The notes below the pieces were generated by a model that was given only the letters and a program-made list of their open reading frames with translations, had not been told where the DNA came from and searched no databases. From Lachnospiraceae bacterium (GTDB taxonomy: Bacteria; Bacillota; Clostridia; Lachnospirales; Lachnospiraceae): 37,489 bases of DNA. The DNA is taken from positions 1 through 37,489 of the forward strand of contig JAFOFP010000140.1 in NCBI GenBank assembly GCA_017387285.1. Reading direction: 5' to 3'. Below are positions 9,799 through 17,955 of this stretch, piece after piece (the stretch's first letter is position 1; the number at the start of each line of letters is the position of its first letter). Made by a program: the position numbers and the translations under genes.

Positions 9799-10035
9799 AA
9801 TCGCCTCCTTAACCGATTTGTTCTCCTAACAAAAATCATTTTCCGCACAGTCTTACACCATTAACCCCCTTTATTCTAACACAAGTCATAACCATTGCAA
9901 GATGAGAACAACTTTTCTTCCCGATTTATTTTTTTGTAAATAATGCTTTTCCAATCCGGTCTCCCGTGGTATAATCATTTATATAGTGACGAATCAGTGG
10001 TTTTAACCGCTGTTCCAAAATCAGGAGGAAAACAA

Positions 10036-10959
10036 ATGGCTCCATTGACTGTAAGCCCCGCAGATGAAAAGCGGGTCAAAGGACTTGGATTTTTAAGCAA
10101 CAAGGGCACCGACAACTTCTCTGCCCGCGTTATCACCGTAAACGGTAAGATCACCGTGGCACAGCACCGCTGTATCGCTGATGCTGCCGAAAAATTCGGA
10201 AACGGAAACATCACCTTCACCTCCCGTCTGACCATAGAGGTCCCCGGTATACCCTATGAGAAGATCGATGAGTTCCGGGCATTCATCGCAAAGGAAGGCT
10301 TAGAAACCGGCGGCACAGGACCTCTGGTTCGTCCCGTCGTTTCCTGCAAGGGTACCACCTGCCAGTACGGTCTTCTGGACACCTTCGCACTGTCCGAGGA
10401 GATCCATCAGCGTTTCTACAAAGGCTATCGCACCGTAAAGCTGCCCCACAAGTTTAAAATTGCAGTGGGCGGCTGTCCCAACAACTGTGTAAAGCCCGAC
10501 ATCAACGATCTGGGCATCATCGGCCAGCGGATCCCTCAGTTTGACGCCGAAAAATGCCGCGGCTGCAAAAAGTGCGTCATCGCTTCTAACTGTCCCATGA
10601 AAGCATCTCAGGTGGTGGACGGTGTTCTGACCATCGACAAATCCGTCTGCAACAACTGTGGTCGCTGCGTGGAAAAGTGTCCTTTTGGCGCCATGGACGA
10701 GGGTATTTACGGATACCGGATCCATGTAGGCGGTCGCTGGGGCAAAAAGGTAGCTCAGGGACGTCCTTTGTCCAAGATCTTCACCGATAAAGAAGAAGCT
10801 CTGTCCGTTGTGGAGAAGGCCATCCTCCTGTTCCGCGAGCAGGGGCAGCCCGGTGAACGTTTTGCCGACACCATCAATCGCCTCGGCTTCGAGAATGTGG
10901 AAGCACAGCTGTTGTCCGATGATCTGCTGGCGCGCAAAGATCAGATCATCGCCGATTGA
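10036..10959 (+). CDS. nitrite/sulfite reductase-family protein with inserted 2x[4Fe-4S] ferredoxin domain (AsrC-like / small assimilatory-type sulfite reductase)
   Basis: Start moved to the ATG at 10036, preceded by AGGAGG. The ORF-track start at 9943 has no RBS. Features seen: the siroheme-coupling cysteines SCKGTTCQ...GGCPNNC and ferredoxin motifs CRGCKKCVIASNCP and CNNCGRCVEKCP. The ~307-aa architecture resembles AsrC. Confidence 0.78.
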   Translation: MAPLTVSPADEKRVKGLGFLSNKGTDNFSARVITVNGKITVAQHRCIADAAEKFGNGNITFTSRLTIEVPGIPYEKIDEFRAFIAKEGLETGGTGPLVRPVVSCKGTTCQYGLLDTFALSEEIHQRFYKGYRTVKLPHKFKIAVGGCPNNCVKPDINDLGIIGQRIPQFDAEKCRGCKKCVIASNCPMKASQVVDGVLTIDKSVCNNCGRCVEKCPFGAMDEGIYGYRIHVGGRWGKKVAQGRPLSKIFTDKEEALSVVEKAILLFREQGQPGERFADTINRLGFENVEAQLLSDDLLARKDQIIAD

Positions 10960-10991
10960 TTTCTGCTCTGCCGACTTCAAAAACCTATATT

Positions 10992-11027
10992 GCCCGAAAA
11001 CAGCCTCCCATGAGCCTATTTTCGGGC
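10992..11027 (+). terminator. hairpin downstream of the sulfite reductase-like gene
   Basis: GCCCGAAAA (10992-11000), 18-nt loop, TTTTCGGGC (11019-11027), then an AT-rich tail. The loop is large and the T-run weak. Confidence 0.45.
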
Positions 11028-11116
11028 ATATTGATTTATTATGACCTTTATTTTTTTCATTTTTCCGCTATTTTTCACAATATTTCACAAAATATTTATT
11101 TTTTTGCAAAAAGGGC

Positions 11117-11145
11117 TTGATTTTTACGAAACTTTGCGGTATTAT
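11117..11145 (+). promoter_or_regulatory. candidate sigma-A promoter for tRNA-Lys
   Basis: TTGATT (11117-11122), 17-nt spacer, TATTAT (11140-11145), about 20 nt upstream of the tRNA 5' end. An AT-rich UP-like tract lies upstream. Confidence 0.5.
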
Positions 11146-11165
11146 ATACCTCGTTCTTAAGAAAT

Positions 11166-11238
11166 GTTCCGCTAGCTCAGTTGGTAGAGCACCTGACTCT
11201 TAATCAGGGTGTCCAGAGTTCGAGCCTCTGGCGGAGCA
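11166..11238 (+). tRNA. tRNA-Lys (anticodon CTT)
   Basis: Hand-folded cloverleaf. Acceptor GTTCCGC/GCGGAGC (one G-U) with discriminator A. D arm GCTC-AGTTGGTA-GAGC. Anticodon stem CCTGA/TCAGG with loop CT-CTT-AA. T arm CAGAG-TTCGAGC-CTCTG. No encoded CCA. Confidence 0.93.
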
Positions 11239-11316
11239 CGCAGGGCACTGTTTTTGCAGACTTCGAGAGCTGTGGGGACGGTGTCTCTTTTTGTTTTACC
11301 AATCCGAAGTGCAGAT

Positions 11317-11372
11317 AAAAAATCCCAGATTTCGCATGTGCTTGCACAAATGCGGAAGTCTGGGATTTTTTA
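11317..11372. terminator. long imperfect hairpin flanked by an A-run and a T-run (bidirectional terminator between tRNA-Lys and relE)
   Basis: AAAAAATCCCAGATTTCGCATGTG...CACAAATGCGGAAGTCTGGGATTTTTT. The outer 8 bp ATCCCAGA/TCTGGGAT are perfect, and the A/T runs make it usable in both orientations. Confidence 0.55.
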
Positions 11373-11402
11373 TCTATAGGGCGGATACATCTGTCAACCA
11401 CA

Positions 11403-11714
11403 TCAAAGTCCCTCTTCGATGTTGCGTCCGCTGTACATCACACGAACAATCGAAACCTTTTTCAATCTTTCATTTGCAATATAAAACAACACATAATTAT
11501 CTACCGGGAGGACTCGCAAGCCTCGATTTTTCCAAGGTTCCTTTTCGTATTTTCTATGCCTCATAGGATATTCCTTTAAGCTAAGGATACCTTTCTCCAA
11601 GCGTCTAAGCTGGCCAATTGCATTCTCAGGAGCAAGTAAAACAAATGCAATATATTCGTAAATGTCCCTCAAATCTCTCTCCGCCTGCAAAGAAATCTCT
11701 ATTTCATAATTCAT
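11403..11714 (-). CDS. type II toxin, RelE/ParE family
   Basis: 103-aa ORF. It overlaps the upstream antitoxin ORF by 4 nt (ATGA). The N-terminal ...AERDLRDIYEYI... and C-terminal IVRVMYSGRN resemble RelE/ParE-family toxins. Confidence 0.82.
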   Translation of the reverse strand: MNYEIEISLQAERDLRDIYEYIAFVLLAPENAIGQLRRLEKGILSLKEYPMRHRKYEKEPWKNRGLRVLPVDNYVLFYIANERLKKVSIVRVMYSGRNIEEGL

Positions 11715-12019
11715 GCCTTGTAATCCTCATATATATCCGCAAACACCGTTTCGACTGGTTTTGTCCGTCCATTAAGGACCTCCACATAACCTTTCTCTAT
11801 CTCAGTGTTCAATTCTTCCTCTGACAATACGGACATATCTAAGGGTTTTGATGCCGGTAGTTTTACTTCAAACGGCAATCCTCGCTGCAGAATTATCTGC
11901 TTATAAAACATATTGATCGCATTCGAAACCGAAATTCCCAAAGCACTTAAGATGCTTTCCGCCTGATTCTTTATGTCCGGTTCAATCCTTGCATACAAAT
12001 TCGCAGTTTTTAATGCCAT
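11711..12019 (-). CDS. type II antitoxin, RelB/DinJ family
   Basis: 102-aa ORF with an N-terminal ribbon-helix-helix-like segment (NLYARIEPDIKNQAESILSALGISVSNAINMFYKQII), as in DinJ/RelB. It is translationally coupled to the toxin. Confidence 0.82.
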   Translation of the reverse strand: MALKTANLYARIEPDIKNQAESILSALGISVSNAINMFYKQIILQRGLPFEVKLPASKPLDMSVLSEEELNTEIEKGYVEVLNGRTKPVETVFADIYEDYKA

Positions 12020-12104
12020 ATTAACGCCTCCAGTTCTTAGTATCTTACGCTCTTATTATATACTTTAGTGCGCACATTAGCAATACATTTTTTATATTTA
12101 ACAG

Positions 12105-12149
12105 AAACAGCCGCACAGTAAAATCACATCCCACTGCGCAGCTGTTTTT
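12105..12149 (-). terminator. imperfect hairpin downstream of the MDR reductase gene
   Basis: On the minus strand: AAAAACAGCTGCGCAGTG...ACTGTGCGGCTGTTTCTGTT. 12 of 14 stem pairs, with a U-rich tail. Confidence 0.4.
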
Positions 12150-12185
12150 GCTTACTCTATTATATTATACCGTTCCAACTGCCCC

Positions 12186-13424
12186 TCAGAAATTCGCCAG
12201 CAGATACTTCTCTGCCTCCGCATTCCAAAGTCCGTTATTCTTCTTTACCATCTCATCCATCACAGCGAACCGCTTGTCAGTCTTTCCCAGCTCCTCAAAA
12301 TCCGCCAGTGCAGTCAAGGGCAGCTCGATGTGAGTGTAGATCAGCTTCTTTCCGCCGGGAACCTTGGGCAGATTCAGGGTTACGTCGATAGCCGCATCCA
12401 TTCCGCCGATGTGAGTGATCATGAATGCAGGATTGATCCGCTTCTCGCCGATCAGCTGCACAATGTCAGCCATGTCCTGAGGGGTGCTTCCGCTGGTTCC
12501 TGCCACATGGTGCTGTGCATAGTGAACATTGTAGAAGTTGAAGTTTGCGCTGAACTTTTTGTCGGTGGGACCGGCAAAGAAATTCAGACAGCCGTCAAAT
12601 GCCAGAATCGCGTCAGCCAGCTCTACTACCGCGGGAACGGGTGCATAAGCAAACACGTCGTCATAGCCCTTGCCATCGGTCAGTGCCAGCAGTTCATCCT
12701 TATCGGAAGTTTTCGCAAACACAAGCTTAATGCCGTCCTTCGCTGCCTCTTCGGGAGGGAAAATGCTTGCCGCACGATCCAGACGCGCCTGATCCAGATC
12801 GGTAACCACTACCAATGAGGGATTCAGACCACCGTGGAGCGCAATATCAATCGCCTCCAGACCCATGGGGCCGCAGCCTGCCAAAATTGCCAGATTTCCA
12901 CCCTTCTTCACACCGATCACATGATTGAAATCCTCATCCATGTGGAAAGTCGCCTTATAACCGCGAAGGACACAGGAAGCAGGCTCGATCAGGGAACCGC
13001 TGAAGAATGCATCACTGTTCAGCTTCATCAAATAGCCATTCTCGATTACATGATTCTCAACCAGAGAGTAGGTGGATACGCCGCCGATATTGGGGAAGGA
13101 ATATCCTACGGTATCAATACCGCCCAGATATGCCAGTACGGGAGGACAAATCACCTTATCCCCTACCTGATACTGATTTTTCCACTTTTCGCCCACTTCT
13201 GCGATCTCTGCACAGAACTCGTGGCCGATGATGATGGGGTTGTCTGCCACATTATTGGGCACACGCATATGATCCTCTCCCTGCATTGCAGTCTTATAGG
13301 TAGACATACATACACTGTCAGAAATGATCTTAATTAAAATTTCATCTTCCTTCATCTGAGGAAGTTCAAACTCCTCCAAGCGAAGATCCTTTTTTCCGTA
13401 AAGTCTTACTGCTCTTGTTTTCAT
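12186..13424 (-). CDS. long-form MDR zinc-dependent dehydrogenase, L-sorbose-1-phosphate reductase-like
   Basis: 412-aa ORF with an N-terminal GroES-like domain (CMSTYK, GHEFCAEI) and a Rossmann motif LAGCGPMG. The ~410-aa length and pairing with a ketose-bisphosphate aldolase resemble SorE-type enzymes. Substrate not determinable. Confidence 0.72.
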   Translation of the reverse strand: MKTRAVRLYGKKDLRLEEFELPQMKEDEILIKIISDSVCMSTYKTAMQGEDHMRVPNNVADNPIIIGHEFCAEIAEVGEKWKNQYQVGDKVICPPVLAYLGGIDTVGYSFPNIGGVSTYSLVENHVIENGYLMKLNSDAFFSGSLIEPASCVLRGYKATFHMDEDFNHVIGVKKGGNLAILAGCGPMGLEAIDIALHGGLNPSLVVVTDLDQARLDRAASIFPPEEAAKDGIKLVFAKTSDKDELLALTDGKGYDDVFAYAPVPAVVELADAILAFDGCLNFFAGPTDKKFSANFNFYNVHYAQHHVAGTSGSTPQDMADIVQLIGEKRINPAFMITHIGGMDAAIDVTLNLPKVPGGKKLIYTHIELPLTALADFEELGKTDKRFAVMDEMVKKNNGLWNAEAEKYLLANF

Positions 13425-13513
13425 ATGATATGACCTTTCTCCGCACTCACGCGGTTTTCCTTTCGATCCTATGATACTTGAAAATCTTTACCACTTTCAC
13501 ATTCTGTCTGTCA

Positions 13514-14386
13514 TCAGATTCTTCCGATGCTGCCGAATACACGCAGTTTCTCACGGACAACTGCCTTCATATTCTGGCGCGCTTCCTCGAATACAAATAC
13601 AGGCCAGGTAGCCGGATTGCCCATATTATTCAGCTTGTTCTTCAGTCCGCTGTTCATGGCTGCAACCACATCAGAGTAGATGTTGATCTTGGTAATACCG
13701 TGGCGGATCGCCTCCTGCATCTGATCATCGGGAGTTCCGCTGCCGCCGTGGAGAACCAGTGGACAATTGCTCACTGCAGTGATCTCGTCCAGACGGTCAA
13801 TGCGCAGGGTAGGGGTTTTCTTATATACACCATGAGCGGTGCCGATGGCGATAGCCAAAGCATCCACCTTGGTCTGCTCCACAAATCTTACTACATCCTG
13901 GGGATCGGTCAGGGTATCCTCGGGATCCTCATCGTGTACAGTTCCCTCTGTCTCGTTGCCAACCAATGCATTTCCCACATGACCAAGCTCTGCCTCAACG
14001 GTGATTCCTCTTGCATGAGCAAACTCCGTCACTGCTGCGGTCATTGCCGCATTCTCTTCGAAGGGAAGAACTGAGCCATCATACATAACGGAACTGAAAC
14101 CGGCCTCAACCGCCTGCTTGATAAATGCAAGATCGGTAGCATGATCCAAATGGAAGCAGATGGGAATGCTGTAATACTTGGAAGCCTCAGTTACCATCGC
14201 AGTAAGCAGGTTCAATCCCTTTCCGGTCATATCTACTCCAAGACCCTGAAGCAGAGCGGGAGAGCCCTCCTCCTCACAGACGTCCAGAACCGCCTTCATC
14301 ATCTCGTAATTGCTCACATCAAACGCAGGAATCGCATAATGACGCGCCTGTGCGTCTGCCAACATCTCTTTCATAGAAACTAACAT
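13514..14386 (-). CDS. class II ketose-bisphosphate aldolase (FbaA/GatY/KbaY family)
   Basis: 290-aa ORF with IPAFDVSN, HLDH and LVLHGGSG motifs typical of class II fructose/tagatose-bisphosphate aldolases. Confidence 0.88.
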   Translation of the reverse strand: MLVSMKEMLADAQARHYAIPAFDVSNYEMMKAVLDVCEEEGSPALLQGLGVDMTGKGLNLLTAMVTEASKYYSIPICFHLDHATDLAFIKQAVEAGFSSVMYDGSVLPFEENAAMTAAVTEFAHARGITVEAELGHVGNALVGNETEGTVHDEDPEDTLTDPQDVVRFVEQTKVDALAIAIGTAHGVYKKTPTLRIDRLDEITAVSNCPLVLHGGSGTPDDQMQEAIRHGITKINIYSDVVAAMNSGLKNKLNNMGNPATWPVFVFEEARQNMKAVVREKLRVFGSIGRI

Positions 14387-14497
14387 GGGTTTATACCGCC
14401 TTTCCTTTTTTGTTTTACGTTCTCTGTTTCTTTTATCCCGGCAAACAGCCTTATCTGCCGGAATGCCCGAATTTTTACGTTTATATTATGTCATTAA

Positions 14498-14528
14498 TTT
14501 TAACATTTGTCAATAGCAAATGTTAAAA
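14498..14528. promoter_or_regulatory. perfect inverted repeat (12-bp arms, 7-nt spacer), candidate SorC-family operator in the divergent promoter region
   Basis: TTTTAACATTTG-tcaatag-CAAATGTTAAAA. The spacer and left arm contain the -35 (TTGACA, 14513-14508) of a minus-strand promoter with -10 CATAAT (14490-14485). Further CATTTGT half-sites occur at 14550-14557 and 14572-14579. Confidence 0.55.
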
Positions 14529-14533
14529 TATCA

Positions 14534-14562
14534 TTGACTTTACCAGTAGCATTTGTTACAAT
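14534..14562 (+). promoter_or_regulatory. candidate sigma-A promoter of the SorC-family regulator gene
   Basis: TTGACT (14534-14539), 17-nt spacer, TACAAT (14557-14562). The spacer contains a CATTTGT half-site. Confidence 0.55.
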
Positions 14563-14619
14563 CAGACTATACATTTGTCGCCATCTCCAGGCATACCTTC
14601 CGCAGAACAGGAGTCCCCT

Positions 14620-15549
14620 ATGAAAAAACAAAAAGACCTCATGACTGAGGCCGCCATCTTATATTACGAAAAAAACTGTACTCAGCAGGAGATTGCTGCC
14701 ATCATGGGCCTGTCCCGCCAGACCGTCTCCAAGCTGCTCAATGATGCGGTCAGGGAGCACATCGTAGAGATCCGTATCCATCGCCCGGAAAATCGGTGCA
14801 GTGATCTGGAATCCCGTCTCCACAATGCCTTTCCTCAGAGCCGGGTCATTGTCAGCAGTGTCAGCGGCACCGACGATACCCTGCGCACGCTGATGACGGT
14901 AAAAAAAGCGGCAGAATTTCTCCTTCCTCTGCTTCGTGAATCCGGGAAAAACATCGGCATTTCCTGGGGAAGAACGATCCAGCAATTTATTCTTGAGCTT
15001 CCCGCCGCACAGACCAGCGCAAACACCGTCTTTCCCCTGTTCGGCGCCACCGACTGCGAGCAATCCTACTTTTCCTCCAATGAGCTGGCCAGAAGTCTGG
15101 CTGATAAAATCAGCGCTGACGTGAAATATGCCTGGTTTCCCTACCGCCCGGAAAGTCCGGAGGATTGTGAGCTGTTTCGACGGACCAGCTACTATAAACG
15201 CCTGTTGGAACGCTGGAATCACATTGACATTGCCATCGTCGGCATCGGTGACAATACGGCTCTTCAGCTGTTGGACAGTTCCCTTGGACAACAACCCGTC
15301 ACCCGCGGTTCTATGGCCGGTGACATTGCCACTCATTTTTTCACGGAGAACGGCAGCCTCATGGGCATGGACAAACACACCCTCTGTGCATCCGGTGAAA
15401 ATTTAAAAGCCGCCGGGATGACCGTAGCCATCGCCTGCGGCGACTCTAAACTGAAAGCGATCACCGGTGCTCTTCGCACCGGAATCGTGGATGTGCTGAT
15501 CACCGACGAGTACACAGCACAGCATATCCTCGAACGGATCGAGGGATAA
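14620..15549 (+). CDS. SorC/DeoR(CggR)-family sugar-binding transcriptional regulator
   Basis: Start taken at the ATG at 14620 (MKKQKDL...). N-terminal HTH (QQEIAAIMGLSRQTVSKLLNDA) and a C-terminal sugar-phosphate-binding domain (ISWGRT..., VGIGD...). Divergent from the aldolase-reductase operon. Confidence 0.85.
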   Translation: MKKQKDLMTEAAILYYEKNCTQQEIAAIMGLSRQTVSKLLNDAVREHIVEIRIHRPENRCSDLESRLHNAFPQSRVIVSSVSGTDDTLRTLMTVKKAAEFLLPLLRESGKNIGISWGRTIQQFILELPAAQTSANTVFPLFGATDCEQSYFSSNELARSLADKISADVKYAWFPYRPESPEDCELFRRTSYYKRLLERWNHIDIAIVGIGDNTALQLLDSSLGQQPVTRGSMAGDIATHFFTENGSLMGMDKHTLCASGENLKAAGMTVAIACGDSKLKAITGALRTGIVDVLITDEYTAQHILERIEG

Positions 15550-15552
15550 GGA

Positions 15553-16392
15553 TCAACCGAAAATGATCAGCAGACCGGCCAGTATCCCCACGATTGCAGA
15601 AAATGCCGGCAGCTTGCTGTGGTACATCAGGATTGCCTGGGGCAGGATCTCACCGAACACCACATATAACATAGCTCCGCTGGCAAAGCCCAAACTCAGC
15701 GTCAGTCCCATGGGACCGATCTCACCCAGCCAATATCCCAACAGAGCTCCCAAAATAGTGGGAATGCCGGAGGATGCGGTGATCAGGACTGCCTTCCACT
15801 TATTCATTCCTCCGCTGATCAACGGCACGGAAACAGCCATGCCCTCAGGGATATTATGAAGGCCGATCAGAACCGCCAAAACCAAGGCCGCACTGCCCAT
15901 GACACCGTCGTTGCTGGCATAAGACGCTCCGATGGTCATTCCTTCCGGTACATTGTGCAAAGCGATCGCACTGGCCATCACAATACCGGCAACAAACAGT
16001 CCCAGTTTGCTGTCGGACGCTGCACGGTGATGCTCCAGATGATCACTGTGGATCAGTTCGTCCAGATCATCCGCTGTTTTCGGATGGTTGGCATCAATAT
16101 GAGGAATCTCCGGATTTGTCTTCCGGTCGATCAGATAGTTGAGCAAATAGGTAACTGCCACACCGAAAGCGATGGCTCCGATGACGATATAAATCCCCAC
16201 GTTGGTCTCAATGGCCTCTGTCACCAGATCAAAACAAACCACACTGAGCATCACACCGCCGGCAAAACTCAGCAACAGACTGACTGTCCGCTTTGAGTCT
16301 TTCTGCAGCATAGCACCGATCAAACCGCCTAATCCTGTCCCCGCTACACCGGCAAGGGCCGTGGTAACGATCAGAGTTGTAATCACACCCAT
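15553..16392 (-). CDS. ZIP-family divalent metal (zinc) transporter
   Basis: 279-aa polytopic ORF with a His-rich central loop (HIDANHP...HSDHLEHH) and two HNxPEG motifs (HNVPEGM, HNIPEGM) typical of ZupT/ZIP. AAAGGAGAAG RBS. Confidence 0.88.
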   Translation of the reverse strand: MGVITTLIVTTALAGVAGTGLGGLIGAMLQKDSKRTVSLLLSFAGGVMLSVVCFDLVTEAIETNVGIYIVIGAIAFGVAVTYLLNYLIDRKTNPEIPHIDANHPKTADDLDELIHSDHLEHHRAASDSKLGLFVAGIVMASAIALHNVPEGMTIGASYASNDGVMGSAALVLAVLIGLHNIPEGMAVSVPLISGGMNKWKAVLITASSGIPTILGALLGYWLGEIGPMGLTLSLGFASGAMLYVVFGEILPQAILMYHSKLPAFSAIVGILAGLLIIFG

Positions 16393-16451
16393 GGATCTTC
16401 TCCTTTGTCTCTTTATCCTTAATGTTCTGTCATCTGTTTAATTTCGCTAAG

Positions 16452-16486
16452 ATCATATCACAGTTTTTCGGAAATGACAACCGAAA
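16452..16486 (-). promoter_or_regulatory. candidate promoter of the ZIP gene with overlapping inverted repeat
   Basis: On the minus strand: TTGTCA (16480-16475), 17-nt spacer, TATGAT (16457-16452) with TG at -15/-14. The inverted repeat TTTCGG (16466-16471) / CCGAAA (16481-16486) straddles the -35. Confidence 0.4.
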
Positions 16487-16526
16487 TAGTAATCTTTAAA
16501 ATATCTGTTTTCTTCCTGTCCGGTCA

Positions 16527-16560
16527 CAAAAAAACACCGAAGAACTCTCCCTCGGTGTTT
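16527..16560 (-). terminator. rho-independent terminator downstream of divIC
   Basis: On the minus strand: AAACACCGAGGGAGAGTTCTTCGGTGTTTTTTT, a 7-8 bp stem followed by a run of 7 T. Confidence 0.65.
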
Positions 16561-16580
16561 CAGTCATATCCCACTGATAG

Positions 16581-16886
16581 TCACTGCTGAGGTGCCACAA
16601 CCATCTCTCCCGGCTCAACCAACCCCAACACGTTTTTCGCCATCTGAACCACATACTGACTGGACTGCATAAAAATACGCTCCTCCTCCAGTGCCTCGGT
16701 CAATGCATCGGCCTCGGCGATCTCTTTGTTCAGCGAAGTGATCCGCGCCTCATAGATCTCTGCCCGTCGCTCAAGCTCGGAGGTACGTGAAGCGAGTGCG
16801 CACACCAACAAGACCGTAATCACTGTCATTACGATCATGGCAAAAATATTTGGCCTATAATGTTTTCTTCTGCGACTCAACCTCAT
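16581..16886 (-). CDS. divIC: septum formation initiator family protein (FtsB/DivIC)
   Basis: About 101 aa from the ATG at 16886 (the ORF track begins at a TTG at 16904). One N-terminal TM followed by a coiled coil (ELERRAEIYEARITSLNKEIAEADALTEALEEE). Its position after yabP-yabQ matches B. subtilis. Confidence 0.78.
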   Translation of the reverse strand: MRLSRRRKHYRPNIFAMIVMTVITVLLVCALASRTSELERRAEIYEARITSLNKEIAEADALTEALEEERIFMQSSQYVVQMAKNVLGLVEPGEMVVAPQQ

Positions 16887-16926
16887 CACATCCAATCCTA
16901 CCAACTGCTATCATTTAAATTGTAGA

Positions 16927-17250
16927 CTATTTTCGTCCGGTACGCAACCTTTTTTTCAACAAATTAAATGAAAATTTTACCTGTTTTTCCACAAAAAGAC
17001 AAAGATAACTGCCCAAAACGGACGCAGCCATCATGTACCAACGAAAAATCCCGTCATTTATCCACAGACACATGATGGCAAACCCCAGAGCTGCCAACAG
17101 CCAGAACAGTAAATCCTCCATACCGGTCAGCAGCCAGCCTCTCGGAAATATCCTCCGCGACAGGCGCATCAAATCATAAAACAACGTCAATCCCAGGCCA
17201 ACAAAAAAGAAAAGCAACAGAATGTCCAGTTCATGCCAAATCTCCCCCAT
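16927..17250 (-). CDS. yabQ: spore cortex biosynthesis protein YabQ
   Basis: About 107-aa small polytopic membrane protein. Its ATG overlaps the yabP stop (TGATG). Conserved yabP-yabQ pairing. Confidence 0.72.
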   Translation of the reverse strand: MGEIWHELDILLLFFFVGLGLTLFYDLMRLSRRIFPRGWLLTGMEDLLFWLLAALGFAIMCLWINDGIFRWYMMAASVLGSYLCLFVEKQVKFSFNLLKKRLRTGRK

Positions 17251-17528
17251 CAACCAAACAACCTTGACAACAGTGATTCACGGTTAACATTTCCGGCAGA
17301 GTAGACCAGACTGTCAATCTGTCCCTCCAGATCTACCTCTCCCTTTTCCACGGTCAAACGGTTCACATGAAGTTCACTGCCGCGGATCGTTAACCGTCCG
17401 TCCTCTGTATCCAGAATCACCTCCTGAGCATCAAAGGAGATCACCTCCCTCACTCCGGTAATGCTCCCCTGTTTGCGCCGGCCAACGATGACCCGATGGT
17501 TTCCACCTGTTGCAATTTTCTCTTCCAT
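17250..17528 (-). CDS. yabP: sporulation protein YabP
   Basis: 92-aa ORF whose sequence (ITGVREVISFDAQEVILDTEDGRLTIRGSELHVNRLTVEKGEVDLEG) matches my recollection of the YabP family. GGGAGG RBS. Confidence 0.85.
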   Translation of the reverse strand: MEEKIATGGNHRVIVGRRKQGSITGVREVISFDAQEVILDTEDGRLTIRGSELHVNRLTVEKGEVDLEGQIDSLVYSAGNVNRESLLSRLFG

Positions 17529-17589
17529 GGCTTTCCTCCCCTCGCCCGATACACACTCTGTGCAATATCAAGTCTATGAGAAGGTGTCC

Positions 17590-17829
17590 TTAAATATACC
17601 GGAATAATTCTTTTGCCTCGTCCTTTTTCGTGGTCTCCTGAATGTCCAGAACCTCCAGTGCGACCTCGCGGTTACCGAACTGAATGTCGATCCGATCTCC
17701 CACCTTTACCTCTGCTGAGGCCTTGGCCACCTTTCCGTTTACCGATACTCTGCCTGCATCACATGCCTCATTGGCCACCGTCCGGCGCTTGATCACGCGG
17801 GACACTTTCAAAAATTTGTCCAGTCTCAT
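17590..17829 (-). CDS. yabO: S4-domain RNA-binding protein (YabO/Hsp15-like)
   Basis: Start taken at the ATG at 17829, preceded by AGGAGAGG (the ORF track begins at a TTG at 17847). MRLDKFLKVSRVIKRRT is a classic S4 domain N-terminus. It precedes yabP as in Bacillus. Confidence 0.85.
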   Translation of the reverse strand: MRLDKFLKVSRVIKRRTVANEACDAGRVSVNGKVAKASAEVKVGDRIDIQFGNREVALEVLDIQETTKKDEAKELFRYI

Positions 17830-17888
17830 TGTCCTCTCCTGTCTCAAATCCTCACGATTTACCTGTTTCTCGCCTTCCCCTTAGGACG

Positions 17889-17926
17889 TAAAAACGTCGC
17901 TGAGACAGCTTTCTGTTTCAGCGACG
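17889..17926 (-). terminator. rho-independent terminator downstream of hup
   Basis: On the minus strand: CGTCGCTGAAACAG-aaag-CTGTCTCAGCGACG followed by TTTTT. 14-bp stem with one G-U. Confidence 0.7.
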
Positions 17927-17955
17927 CTTGTTTACCATACTACCGTCCGGACTGA

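Noticed and set aside
9943-10035. N-terminal extensions in the ORF track for several genes (9943, 14575, 17847, 18306, 24981, 27622, 29738, 30952, 31488, 35562, 37439).
   Set aside because: In each case an internal ATG with a well-spaced GGAGG-like RBS gives the canonical family N-terminus, or gives translational coupling to the upstream stop. The extensions lack an RBS and encode atypical sequence.
11239-11316. Possible small RNA or att site directly downstream of tRNA-Lys.
   Set aside because: Only weak 4-5 bp stems are present, with no repeat of the tRNA 3' end detectable by eye. The stronger hairpin at 11317-11372 explains termination.
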